Below, one piece after another: positions 28,019-39,144 of a stretch of DNA of 64,000 nucleotides; position 1 is the stretch's first letter; each line of letters opens with the position of its first letter. Source of the stretch: an uncultured delta proteobacterium (GTDB lineage: Bacteria; Desulfobacterota; Binatia; UBA9968); the NCBI GenBank assembly GCA_963771465.1, contig CAVYTU010000013.1:224001-288000 (forward strand), read 5' to 3'. Made by a program: the position numbers and the translations under genes. The notes under the pieces are model-generated. The model was not told the origin of the DNA. It did not search any database and saw only the letters and a program-made list of their open reading frames with translations.

Positions 28019-28525
28019 ATGAAAGATGAACTCGCCAAACGCCTCGTGCAGGGCCTGAAGGACGCTGGAATCAACTTTGTTACCTATCTGCCGGAGACCC
28101 GTTTGAGTCAGATCGTGCCATTGATTCGTGACGACCCCGATATGGAGCTCATCGCGGTCGCCAACGAGTCGGAGGCGATCACGATTGCTGCCGGCGCGAC
28201 CTTGGGCGGCAAACAGGCGGCGGTATATATGGAAAACACCGGCATTTTTACTTCCTGTTACAGTTTGCTGACGGTCGGCAAGCAACTCGGTGTGCCGTTG
28301 CTGTTGGTGATCGCTTATCTCGGCGGCGTGCCGGACCTGCGCAATAGTTTTCTCTACGCGACGATTGGCAAGCACTCGATTCCAGTGCTCGATGGTCTGG
28401 GCATCGATCATACGTTGATCGAAGACGGCGACAAGCTTGAAATTAAAATCACCGACGCGGTGCGCGCGGCGAATTCCTTGCGCGCGCCCTACGCGCTGCT
28501 TTTTGCCGGGGAGTTCTCCGAATGA
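28019..28525 (+). CDS. ThDP-dependent decarboxylase alpha subunit (ComD/sulfopyruvate decarboxylase-like)
   Basis: 'NESEAITIAAGA.LGG...AVYMENTG' PYR domain. Confidence 0.85.
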   Translation: MKDELAKRLVQGLKDAGINFVTYLPETRLSQIVPLIRDDPDMELIAVANESEAITIAAGATLGGKQAAVYMENTGIFTSCYSLLTVGKQLGVPLLLVIAYLGGVPDLRNSFLYATIGKHSIPVLDGLGIDHTLIEDGDKLEIKITDAVRAANSLRAPYALLFAGEFSE

Positions 28526-29124
28526 TTCGCTACGAATGTCTACAATTGCTGGCAAACAAGATGTCGAATCAACTGGTGGTGACCTCGCAGAGCGGCCAGC
28601 GCATCGAGTGGTCGCATCTGTCGCGCCATGAAGGCAACTTGCTGGTCGGCATGATGGGCTGCGCCATCGGTGTCGCCACCGGATTGGCTTTGGCTTTGCC
28701 GCACCGTAAAGTCATCGCGCTGGATTCCGACGGCAGCGTCTTGCTCTCGCTTTTCAATCTCGCGACGCTGGGCAACTTGCAGCCGAAAAATTTGGTCGTC
28801 TATGTTTTCGACAACGGCGTTTATAGCGGTAGCCGCATTAGTTATCCGACGGCGACTTCCGGCAATACGGATTTGGCGGCGATGGCGCAGGGAGCTGGGA
28901 TCAAGAACGTGCAGACGATCCGTGACTTCGAGGAATTCAAAAAGGCCGGCATCGACGCTTTGACAAGAAATGAGTTGGGTTTCGTCGTCTGTAAAGTCGA
29001 AGAGAGCCTGATACACCGCGAGATTCCGCGGCCCAACACGGATCTCGCCGAAAACAAATACACCTTCGTGCGCTATCTCGAGCGCACTGAAGAGAAAACC
29101 ATTCCGTTCGTCGGGCGCGGTTAA
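28522..29124 (+). CDS. ThDP-dependent decarboxylase beta subunit (ComE-like)
   Basis: ThDP motif DSDGS...DNG; ATGA overlap with the alpha subunit. Confidence 0.85.
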   Translation: MIRYECLQLLANKMSNQLVVTSQSGQRIEWSHLSRHEGNLLVGMMGCAIGVATGLALALPHRKVIALDSDGSVLLSLFNLATLGNLQPKNLVVYVFDNGVYSGSRISYPTATSGNTDLAAMAQGAGIKNVQTIRDFEEFKKAGIDALTRNELGFVVCKVEESLIHREIPRPNTDLAENKYTFVRYLERTEEKTIPFVGRG

Positions 29125-29147
29125 ACCTGAATCGCGGGGAGACATTT

Positions 29148-30174
29148 ATGCAGAAATATCCGCGTCTGTTAATTGTTGCCGTCACCTTGGTAATCTGTAG
29201 CCCGTGGCAGTCGGGCGCGCAGGAGTACAAAGACAAGACGCTGACGATCATCGTCGCCTATTCGCCGGGTGGTTCCTTCGATCTCTACGCGCGCGTATTG
29301 GCGCGCTACATCGGCCGCTATCTGCCGGGCAATCCGTCGCGCATCGTCGAGAACATGACCGGCGCCGGCGGCATGATCGCCGCCAATCATCTTTACAACC
29401 GGGTAAAACCCGACGGCTTTACCATCGGCGCCTGGGCATCGCCGCTGGTGTTGCAGCAGATCATGGGCAACGAAGCGGCGCAGTTCGACGGCCGCCGATT
29501 TGGCTACCTCGGTATTCCGAGCGAGTACGACACGGTATGCACTTTCAATCAGCAAAGTGGCATCGCCAAGATGGACGATTGGATCAATGCCAAGCGGCCG
29601 CAAAAGATTTCCACCATCGGCCCCGGCACGAGCACGTCGGACATTCCAAAATTGCTCAAGGCCTCGCTCAATCTGCCGATGGATGTGATCGACGGTTACA
29701 AAGGCGGCGCGGACGCGCGTCTGGCGGTGGAGTCCGGTGAAGTCGACGGCTACTGCGGCTCATGGGGCACGGTGGAGACGGTTTGGCGCAGCGCCTATGA
29801 GAGCAAGAAAATTATTCCCGATCTTGCAAGTCGCGCGCAAATCGCAGCCCAAGTATAAACATATTCCGCTGGCGAACAGTTACGCTAAGACGGAGGAAGC
29901 GCGCGAGCTGCTAAAAATCGCCGACGATGTTCACGTCGCGCAGTTTCCATTCTCCGTGCCGCCGGGGATGGCCAAAGATCGGCTCGAATTGCTGCAGCGC
30001 GCTTTCATGCGCACGTTCAAGGACCCCGACCTGATCGGCGAGGCGAAGCGATCGCAGCTCGACGTCGAACCGATCGATGGCCCGACGATCACGAAGACGC
30101 TGTCAGGCCTCTACGATCTCAAGCCGGCGACGGTGACTCGGCTGAAGGATATTCTCCTGCCGAAGAGGAAATGA
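29148..30174 (+). CDS. Bug/TctC-like tripartite tricarboxylate transporter substrate-binding protein (frameshifted)
   Basis: SPGGSFDLYAR, ENMTGAGG, PDG; +1 shift at CCC 29817-29819 joins ORFs 29148-29858 and 29737-30174. Confidence 0.85.
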
Positions 30175-30192
30175 GCGTGATAGTTGTTCGTG

Positions 30193-30212
30193 TTCGTGCT
30201 CGTCTCAGAGAG
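30193..30212. repeat. degenerate TCGTGY hexamer array
   Basis: TTCGTGTTCGTGCTCGTC shortly after the Bug gene stop (coordinates approximate). Confidence 0.45.
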
Positions 30213-30331
30213 GTTCATCACATGGGTTAGTAGTGAGCGTAAGGTCGATTCCGTTATTCCGGTCAAGTTGGCGTCAGCGTCGGCGTTCAATCCTTGAAGC
30301 GCTATAAACAGATCTCGTGGAGGACGAAACC

Positions 30332-30727
30332 ATGGCCAGGATCAAACATATCGCGATTAGAAGTAATGATGTCGAAAAGACCGCGACGTTTTACCGAGAC
30401 GCCTTCGGTCTCGAACAAGTCGGCGTCGGCCAGAGCGGCATTTATCTTACCGATGGATATCTCAACATCGCTATCCTGAGCATGCGCGCCGTGGTCGATG
30501 GTGAGACCATGAAACTAGGCGTCGATCACGTCGGCTTTCAAGTCGATGACGTGAACGCCACCGTGGCGAAAATTCGCGCCCTCGGCGGCAAAGCGCTCAA
30601 CGAGCGCAACGAAGTTCATCACAGCGACCCGTCCAAGCCGCAGTCCTATTTCGAAGTCAAATGCGTCGTTCCCGACGATCAAGTGATCGACGTGTCCAAC
30701 GCCGGCTGGGTCGGCGCCAGCAAGTAG
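30332..30727 (+). CDS. VOC/glyoxalase family protein
   Basis: IKHIAI, FY...FGL, DHVGFQVDD; GGAGG RBS. Confidence 0.9.
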   Translation: MARIKHIAIRSNDVEKTATFYRDAFGLEQVGVGQSGIYLTDGYLNIAILSMRAVVDGETMKLGVDHVGFQVDDVNATVAKIRALGGKALNERNEVHHSDPSKPQSYFEVKCVVPDDQVIDVSNAGWVGASK

Positions 30728-30815
30728 CGCCGGCTCCTAGCTTAAAAGCCGACAGAATCAAGTTAGCAACCAAAATGTTCGCTGAAACAAGGTTTAGAGA
30801 TGAAGCACTCGGCGG

Positions 30816-31934
30816 TTATTTTTTCTCTCCTCGAGGGAATCCTAAAGCCTTCACGATTTCCTGTTCGTACATCTCCATCTTTAGGTGATGCTGCCATGCA
30901 AGAAGGGAAATATTTCTCCCTTGCGTCAGGCGCGCATGGGTCGACCCCGGACTATAGATCGATGCTGCAAGATCGATTTCATCCAAAATCTTCTGACCTT
31001 CTGGACCGGCTTCAAACTCCAACCACAGCAGCGCAGCGTGGGGATTTTCCGCCGTGGCGAGAACCGCTTGGGTTTCACCGAGGCGAGTAGGAATCGGTTC
31101 TACCACCTTAAAGCCCAAAACTCCCTTAACATCTTTGCGTTTGACTCTTTCGATTGTTTTGTAGTTTGGCCCCAGGGCGATGGGAAACTGGCCGGTCATC
31201 AAATAGGTCACGATCTGGGCGTCGCCCCGTAACCAGACGGGATTTTGAGCAGCCAACTTCTTGGCGTAAGCCAAGGTTTTTTCCAGACCCCAGGCGGGTA
31301 CGAGGCCGGCAAGATTTTTCGGCCTCACGTCCGTTGCTAGTTTTCTGTCCTTGAATTCCGGCTTGAGGAAGTCCTCCCAAGTGTTCGGGACTTTGTCGGG
31401 AGCGATAAGCTCCCTGTTATATGCTGCCACTTGGATGTTGCTTTGCAGCGAGACAATGTGCCGGTTCACCGGGTCCACCATATTGGGCGACATCGTCAGG
31501 ACACCCTGTTCGGCCATGCCTAAAATGTCAAAGTTTTTCTGCAGAGTGAGGTAATCGTTGTAAAAGTCAAAGGCGACATAATTGACATCCCATTTGGCGA
31601 GTCCGGCCTTCATTTCCTGAAGCATTCGGCTATAGATCTCGGTGCCGTCAATTCCGTTTGCCCGAACATCGATGAACGGATACTTTTTCTTAAAAGCCTC
31701 CGTCACGGCTTTGAGAGACTTTGTATCTTGTCCGCTAAAAACGAGCAGCTTGCCCTCTTTCTTGGCTCGGGAGACGATCTCGTCGTGGTCAGCATAAAAA
31801 ACGAAACCATTGGCCTCGGCCGTCTTTTTTGCCTTAAGCAGAGCCGCACCTGGCGCGGCTGCAGCAAATACACTCACCGTTCCCAACCACGATGCGATCA
31901 AACATACTACAACCCAAAGATATGTTTTTTTCAT
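30816..31934 (-). CDS. ABC extracellular solute-binding protein (Fe3+/polyamine-type)
   Basis: Signal peptide; AKKEGKL, FKKKYPFI, AYN, PNTWEDFL.P. Confidence 0.88.
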   Translation of the reverse strand: MKKTYLWVVVCLIASWLGTVSVFAAAAPGAALLKAKKTAEANGFVFYADHDEIVSRAKKEGKLLVFSGQDTKSLKAVTEAFKKKYPFIDVRANGIDGTEIYSRMLQEMKAGLAKWDVNYVAFDFYNDYLTLQKNFDILGMAEQGVLTMSPNMVDPVNRHIVSLQSNIQVAAYNRELIAPDKVPNTWEDFLKPEFKDRKLATDVRPKNLAGLVPAWGLEKTLAYAKKLAAQNPVWLRGDAQIVTYLMTGQFPIALGPNYKTIERVKRKDVKGVLGFKVVEPIPTRLGETQAVLATAENPHAALLWLEFEAGPEGQKILDEIDLAASIYSPGSTHARLTQGRNISLLAWQHHLKMEMYEQEIVKALGFPRGEKK

Positions 31935-32292
31935 TGAACCACCATGACCATTTTATTCTCGCGCTCGCGGCTGAATCAGCGTGCCTAAAACTAAATAAAC
32001 GGCATAGATACGCCGCACCAGTCTCAAGTTTTTGATGTCTATCACAGGGTCGATTTAATGCCAAGATCAGAGTTAATTCGGTCGAGACGGCGCAGCGAGA
32101 ACGGAGTCACAAGTGCTTGTAACAAAGGAAAGCCTCCTCAATAAAGTCGGCGCAAGTTGGCTGTTTCACGTGGCAGAACCGTTCAGCGAAACTGTTGACC
32201 TGATGATGAAAGCGTATACAGTGCCCTCACGCAGCAGCAACGAAAATATCCGCGTGAGGATTGGGGCCGAGCTGCTCTCAAGGAGGATCAAC

Positions 32293-32670
32293 ATGGCTAA
32301 ACTTCGTCACCTTGCTATCAAAACGCATGACCCGGAAAAGCTGGCTGATTTTTACAAGACGGTTTTTGATATGAAGGAGGTCGTGCGGGGAACAAGAGGT
32401 TCAATTCATCTCTCGGATGGGGTGATGAGCCTGGCGATTCAGAGCGCTTCGGAAAAGTCCAAAGAGCCTCAACATCCCGCTGGATTTTATCATATTGGCT
32501 TTCAAGTGGATGACCTGGAGGACGTTGCACAGCGAATCCGGCAGATTCATCCTGAAGGCGCTCCCGCCGTCAGAGGCGCAAGGTGGGCGGAAACCCGCGG
32601 CAAAGATCCTGATGGGAACCTATTTGATGTCTCGGTAGGTGGTTGGGAAACCGAGCCCAAGTCCAAATAA
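32293..32670 (+). CDS. VOC/glyoxalase family protein
   Basis: LRHLAI, HIGFQVDD, DPDGN; AGGAGG RBS. Confidence 0.9.
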   Translation: MAKLRHLAIKTHDPEKLADFYKTVFDMKEVVRGTRGSIHLSDGVMSLAIQSASEKSKEPQHPAGFYHIGFQVDDLEDVAQRIRQIHPEGAPAVRGARWAETRGKDPDGNLFDVSVGGWETEPKSK

Positions 32671-32903
32671 TCGACTCACGATACCACGAGAAACCTATCC
32701 GCAACTTCTCGCCGTGAGCTTCGCCACTGTCTTTGTCGGCGGAGCGGAGGCTTCGTGACGCTTCAAATGAGCCTCGTAATTCTTGCCGGCGGCGCTAGCA
32801 AATAACACTCTCGGTAACATTCGACCAACGATTCGTTCACTGGCAGTGCGTTGCGAATCGATGTATCACTATTATTCCTGACATCGAGCCGCGACCTGTT
32901 GCC

Positions 32904-34181
32904 GTGAATCTCTCCTTAAGTAATCGCATCTCCGGTCTCTACTACGGTTGGCGCGTAATCGGCGTCGTCTTTGCGCTGCGCGTGCTCGGCGGCGGTTTGC
33001 ACCAATACGGCTTCACGGTGTTCTTTCTGCCGGTAACTCTGGATCTCGGCCTGACTCGCGCTTCCACTTCACTGGCTTTTTCATTGGCTCGTGCCGAAGG
33101 TTCTCTCGCCTCGCCGGTCGTCGGTTATCTCCTCGATCGCTACGGCCCCAAGCCGATGATGCTGGCGGCCACGATTCTCGCCGGCGTCGGCTACATTCTT
33201 TTTGCGTTCGTAAATAGCTACGCGACGTTCTTGATCGTCTATCTCGGTGTCATTTCGCTCGGCTTTACCGCCGGCTTCGTTCATGCGCCGACGGTGGTCG
33301 CTAATAGTTGGTTTATTCGTCTGCGCGCCCGCGCCATGACCGTTGTCAGCGCCGCCGTTCCCGTCGGCGGCGCGCTCATCACGCCGCTGCTCGCCATCGC
33401 CGTGACGCAGCTCGGTTGGCGCAATGCGGCGATGATTGCCGGCACGATGTTTCTTATCGGCGGCATTCCACTAGCGCTTTTGATTCGCCGCTCGCCCGGA
33501 GAGTGTCGGCATGGCGCCCGACGGCGCGCCGCTGCATGCCAATGCACGTTCGCCGCCGGCGCTGACACCACCGCCGCGCAATTCAATGAGCCGGAAATCA
33601 CTGCGCGCCAAGCGTTGCGCACCTCGACTTTTTGGATTTTGATCATTGCCATGACTGCGCGCGGCGCGGCGTTTACCACGGTGACGACGCACTTTATTCC
33701 GATGATGGTGTGGAAGGGACTCAGTCAAGGCGAAGCCTCGGTCCTGCTGGCGGGCTTCGCAATCATGAACCTGCCGATCCATTTTCTTCTCGGCTGGATC
33801 GCCGACTTCGTCAACAAACCCAAGCTCGTTGCCATCTGCATTCTCGTCGGCGTGATCGCCGTGCTGCCGATGTTGTGGAGCGATGCGCTCTGGACGCTGT
33901 GGTTTTTCACGGCGCTTTACAGCGTGCTCGACGCGTCGATACCCGTCTATTGGGCGGCGGTAGGCGACTTCTTCGGACGCAAATCCTTCGGCGCCATCCG
34001 CGGTAATATGAATCTCTTCTACACCTGGGGCAGCATCCTCGGCCCGGTCATCGCCGGCGCCATCTACGATCGCACCGAAAGCTACGAGCTGGTATTCAAT
34101 GGTATGACGGTCGCGTTGCTCATCTCTGCGGCGCTGACGGCGCTGCTGATCAAACCCTGGGCCGAGCTGCGGCGCGGTTGA
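32904..34181 (+). CDS. MFS transporter (OFA/MCT-like)
   Basis: YYGW, G.LLDRYGPK motif A, ~12 TMs; probable compensated frameshift at about 33495-33550. Confidence 0.92.
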   Translation: MNLSLSNRISGLYYGWRVIGVVFALRVLGGGLHQYGFTVFFLPVTLDLGLTRASTSLAFSLARAEGSLASPVVGYLLDRYGPKPMMLAATILAGVGYILFAFVNSYATFLIVYLGVISLGFTAGFVHAPTVVANSWFIRLRARAMTVVSAAVPVGGALITPLLAIAVTQLGWRNAAMIAGTMFLIGGIPLALLIRRSPGECRHGARRRAAACQCTFAAGADTTAAQFNEPEITARQALRTSTFWILIIAMTARGAAFTTVTTHFIPMMVWKGLSQGEASVLLAGFAIMNLPIHFLLGWIADFVNKPKLVAICILVGVIAVLPMLWSDALWTLWFFTALYSVLDASIPVYWAAVGDFFGRKSFGAIRGNMNLFYTWGSILGPVIAGAIYDRTESYELVFNGMTVALLISAALTALLIKPWAELRRG

Positions 34182-34325
34182 TTCCAAAGTATTCATCATC
34201 GTTTTCTCCTTCGTCGAATCTTAACTTGTCGTCACACCGCAGCCTGAGTATCGTAGCAATCGTCACGCTTGCGGTGGGGAATCGAGCGGCGCAGATCAAA
34301 TCTAAGATCCAAAAGGGGACTGTAT

Positions 34326-35171
34326 ATGAAGACAATAATTGCGGTCTTGTCGGCCGTGCTGTTATTTCCGATCGGCGCGCAGGCCGCCGCGGCCACGTCG
34401 GTTTTGCAGCAGGTCGGCGAGTTTGCTATCCCGGAGGCGAACCAGGGTGTTGGCGTCGATGACAAATATTTTTACGCTGTCGACAATCAGAAGATCGCCA
34501 AGTACGATAAGAAGACCGGCAAACTCGCCGGCAAGTGGGAAGGACCCAAGGACGGACCGATCATCCATCTTGACAGCGCGGTGCTGCTCGACGGCAAGAT
34601 TTACTGCGCTCATTCCAATTACAACGAGTGGCCGATGACGAGCTCGGTGGAAATCTGGGATGCCAATACGATGCAGCATATCGGCAATCACAGTTTCGGC
34701 ATCAATTGGGGCTCGTTGACGTGGGTGGATTTTTATAATGGCCACTGGTGGGCGACGTTCGCCAACTATGACGTGCCCTTCGGCCCGAACAAGACACCCT
34801 ACGGATACAAGGCAGCGACGCAAATGGTAAAGTTTACCGCCGACTTCAAATATCTTGAGTCATGGGTGATGCCGAAAAGCATACTCGACAAGTTTGAAGC
34901 GATGAGCAACTCCGGCGGCTCGTGGGGTCCTGATGGTTTTTTGTATCTCACCGGACATGATCCCAATGAGCTTTATAAAATGCGTCTGCCCAAAGCCGGC
35001 TCGGTGCTCGAGCTGGTCGAAACCATTCCGATGAACATCCGCGGCCAAGGCATCGCTTGGGACCGCAGTGACCGCGGCGTCATTTACGGCATCATCCGCG
35101 CCAGCGGCAAAGAGCGTGCGGCCGGCGGCAGCCATAAGGTAACAGTATTTCGAATGCGCGATACGCCGTAG
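34326..35171 (+). CDS. secreted hypothetical protein, probable beta-propeller
   Basis: Signal peptide; repeated blade-like units (QGVGVDD, SGGSWGPDG, QGIAWD). Confidence 0.8.
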   Translation: MKTIIAVLSAVLLFPIGAQAAAATSVLQQVGEFAIPEANQGVGVDDKYFYAVDNQKIAKYDKKTGKLAGKWEGPKDGPIIHLDSAVLLDGKIYCAHSNYNEWPMTSSVEIWDANTMQHIGNHSFGINWGSLTWVDFYNGHWWATFANYDVPFGPNKTPYGYKAATQMVKFTADFKYLESWVMPKSILDKFEAMSNSGGSWGPDGFLYLTGHDPNELYKMRLPKAGSVLELVETIPMNIRGQGIAWDRSDRGVIYGIIRASGKERAAGGSHKVTVFRMRDTP

Positions 35172-35436
35172 TTTAAAAATGCCTGTTAATAAAATCCGAG
35201 ACCATCGCCAAAGTTTCTGACTCGAAAAGGTCGGCGCCATTTCTTTTCACACACGATGAAACGAGAGACATGCTAATGCGCGCGAGATTCGTTGCCGACT
35301 CACTCACGATAAAACTCGCCTTCGCCGAAACGGTTTTTCTCTGCGCTGCAATAAGATCCGCGAATTGATTGCATCTAGCGCCGACGATCAGTAAATTGAC
35401 CACGGCGGTCACTGTACGTTACGTAAAAGGACAGCA

Positions 35437-36462
35437 ATGAAGACAATTTTCACATTGATATTTTTCCTGCTTTCGCACACCGGCGCGTTTGCTCAGGACA
35501 ATTTTTACCAGGGTAAAACTCTAAGAGTTATAGTCGGTAGTGGTCCCGGCAATACTCAGGATCAGATGACGCGACTGATCGCGCGCTTTCTGCCGAAATA
35601 CCTGCCGGGTCATCCTAATACCATCGTCGAGAATCGCGGCGGCGCCAGCTCGGTCATCCTGGGCAACTATCTGTACGGCATTGCCAAGGGCGATGGTTTA
35701 ACTGTTGGCGTGGTTTCTCGCGCGCTTTACTTCGACCAGTTGGTCGGACGCAAGGAAGCACAGTTCGATTTCAAGAAATTCACCTGGATCGGCAGTCCAG
35801 TGGAAGGCAACGAAGTGCTTATTGTCGGCGGCAGCACGCCCTATAAGGCGATGCGCGATGTGGTCGCGACCAGCGACTCGGTTAAGTGCGGCGCGTCGGG
35901 CACGACTTCGACGGGTTTTTATATTCCCAAGTTGATGAATGAACTTTTCGGCGCCAAGTTCCAAATCGTCACTGGCTATAGTAGCGGCGCGGAAATGGAT
36001 CTGGCGGTGCAGCGCGGTGAGACGCAATGCCGTGCCACCAGTGTGGCCGGTTACACCGGCTTCGGCGCATTCAAAGACTGGCGCCAGACCGGATCGGCCC
36101 GCGTGTTGGTGCAGACCGGCCGCAAGCGCGACGCCAAGCTGCCCGACGTGCCGACCGTCTATCAGCTGATGGACGAATTCAAAACCCCAGAGGCGGGCCG
36201 GCGTCTCGCGACGGTGCTCTTGAGCCCGGGAGAGTTTGGTTGGCCGATGGTGGCGCCGCCCGGTGTGCCGGCGGATCGCGCTAAAGCGCTGCGTGCCGCG
36301 TTCAACAAAGCGATGGCCGATCCGGAGTTTGTCGCCGAAGCGAAGAAACGCCAGCTCGACCTCGATCCATCCACCGGCGAAGCCTTGGAAACGCTGGCTA
36401 AGGAAGTGATGGCGCAGCCGGCGGCGGTGATCGAGCGCATGAAGAAGGTGCTGGAAAACTGA
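35437..36462 (+). CDS. Bug/TctC-like substrate-binding protein
   Basis: Signal peptide; GPG...AR, VENRGGA, LPDVPT, APPGVP. Confidence 0.9.
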   Translation: MKTIFTLIFFLLSHTGAFAQDNFYQGKTLRVIVGSGPGNTQDQMTRLIARFLPKYLPGHPNTIVENRGGASSVILGNYLYGIAKGDGLTVGVVSRALYFDQLVGRKEAQFDFKKFTWIGSPVEGNEVLIVGGSTPYKAMRDVVATSDSVKCGASGTTSTGFYIPKLMNELFGAKFQIVTGYSSGAEMDLAVQRGETQCRATSVAGYTGFGAFKDWRQTGSARVLVQTGRKRDAKLPDVPTVYQLMDEFKTPEAGRRLATVLLSPGEFGWPMVAPPGVPADRAKALRAAFNKAMADPEFVAEAKKRQLDLDPSTGEALETLAKEVMAQPAAVIERMKKVLEN

Positions 36463-36473
36463 GGTGGGACAAG

Positions 36474-36502
36474 CGTGACCGTGCTCGTGACTCGCGTTCG
36501 TC
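36474..36502. repeat. degenerate TCGTGY hexamer array
   Basis: CGTGACCGTGCTCGTGACTCGCGTTCGT after the stop codon. Confidence 0.45.
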
Positions 36503-36548
36503 TGTTCCAAACATCATTGTGGTTCCGCCAATCCCCCTGGAGGTATAA

Positions 36549-37610
36549 ATGAAACTTCGGATCGGTAACGCCTGCTGGCACGCTTTTCATGTCCAGCACG
36601 CCGCGTTGGCGCTGGAAGCCGGCTTCTTCGCCCAAGAAGGCATCGACGCTGAGATCGTTCACGCCAAGATCAACCCCAAAGCGATCTCATCGAGCCGTCC
36701 CGGCGGCGAGCGCTACGATGAGGTCGGTAACGTCGTGCGCGATATGGTCGCCTACGGCATCGACATCATCCCCGATGTGCACGTGCGCACGCCGTTCGCC
36801 GAGCGCGTGCTCGGCAACGACGAAGTGCGCATCATCGGCGGTTGGCGCAGTCAGTTTCGCGGATCGCTAGTGGCCGCGCCGGGAATCAAATCGATCGCTG
36901 AGTTGAAAAATAAGCGCATCGGCGACTGGTACAAAGGCGGCGTCGCGACAATGTGGTACGAACAACAGTTTCGCAACGTCGGCATCGATCCCGACCGCGA
37001 GATCGACTGGAAGATCGGCTACAAGTACGGCTCGCTGCGCGAAGCTTCAAAGCCTTTGCTCGCCGGTGAAACCGACGCTGCGATTGTGCAAAATCCCTTC
37101 GTGCCGCAGCTGTTGGAACGCGGCTTCAACAGGCTTTACGATTTCGTCGAGGACAACAAACCCCATGGCCGCCCGGATCGAGTGACGGTGGCGCGAAAGT
37201 CTTTCATCGAGCGCAATCCCGAGTTGATCAAACGCTATTGGAAAGCTTCGATCCGCGCTTATCAATTTATGCGCATCAAAGAAAATTTTCCGTTTTTCCG
37301 TTTTGTCGAAGCGAAACTTCGGGTCAACAATCCCGACGAGGCCGAACGTACCCGCGATCTGTTTCCAATGATGCTAATGGACGATCATTTTTTTCCGCTC
37401 GACGGCCAGGTGAGCAGCCAGGGGATCATGCGCATTCTCGAGGAACATAAATCCGGCGGCGCGTTGCCGCCCACTGTCGGCCAAGCCGACGTCGATGAGG
37501 TGCTGCGCAAAGAGTTAGTCGAAGAGGCCTGGCTCGAAGTGTCACAGACCGACGAGGTCAAGCGTAACCTCGAAATTCTGCAACCGGTGATCGAGCGGGT
37601 GGGATATTAG
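36549..37610 (+). CDS. NMT1/THI5-fold protein lacking a signal peptide
   Basis: GFFAQEGID, ELKNKRIG; GGAGG RBS; no hydrophobic leader. Confidence 0.85.
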   Translation: MKLRIGNACWHAFHVQHAALALEAGFFAQEGIDAEIVHAKINPKAISSSRPGGERYDEVGNVVRDMVAYGIDIIPDVHVRTPFAERVLGNDEVRIIGGWRSQFRGSLVAAPGIKSIAELKNKRIGDWYKGGVATMWYEQQFRNVGIDPDREIDWKIGYKYGSLREASKPLLAGETDAAIVQNPFVPQLLERGFNRLYDFVEDNKPHGRPDRVTVARKSFIERNPELIKRYWKASIRAYQFMRIKENFPFFRFVEAKLRVNNPDEAERTRDLFPMMLMDDHFFPLDGQVSSQGIMRILEEHKSGGALPPTVGQADVDEVLRKELVEEAWLEVSQTDEVKRNLEILQPVIERVGY

Positions 37611-37820
37611 CGCGCGCTCTGTTCCACGCGGCATTAACCTGACGACATTAAGCGAAATGCATCGGCAAGCGCCAACCGGAACCCCGCCGGCCGGTGGCGA
37701 GAAAATAGCCGTAAAGCTGATCAAAAAAATATTCAACAAAGCAAATTGGCAAGATCGATCAACTTGCGTGTGACGAAACTCGATTTACGCGCATCCGAAG
37801 TTGGTGCGAGTCTCTACTCG

Positions 37821-38998
<1,178 letters not shown>

Positions 38999-39144
38999 TT
39001 TTCTGATTCACCTCCGACGGACAACCTTATAGCAAAAGCCACCGGGATTCACATCTCACGACCGCTCCTTACTTCGCAACCAATTAACATCTGGACAATT
39101 CCGCGTCATTAAAATATCTAAGGCGATAGTAAGGAGACACGCCC

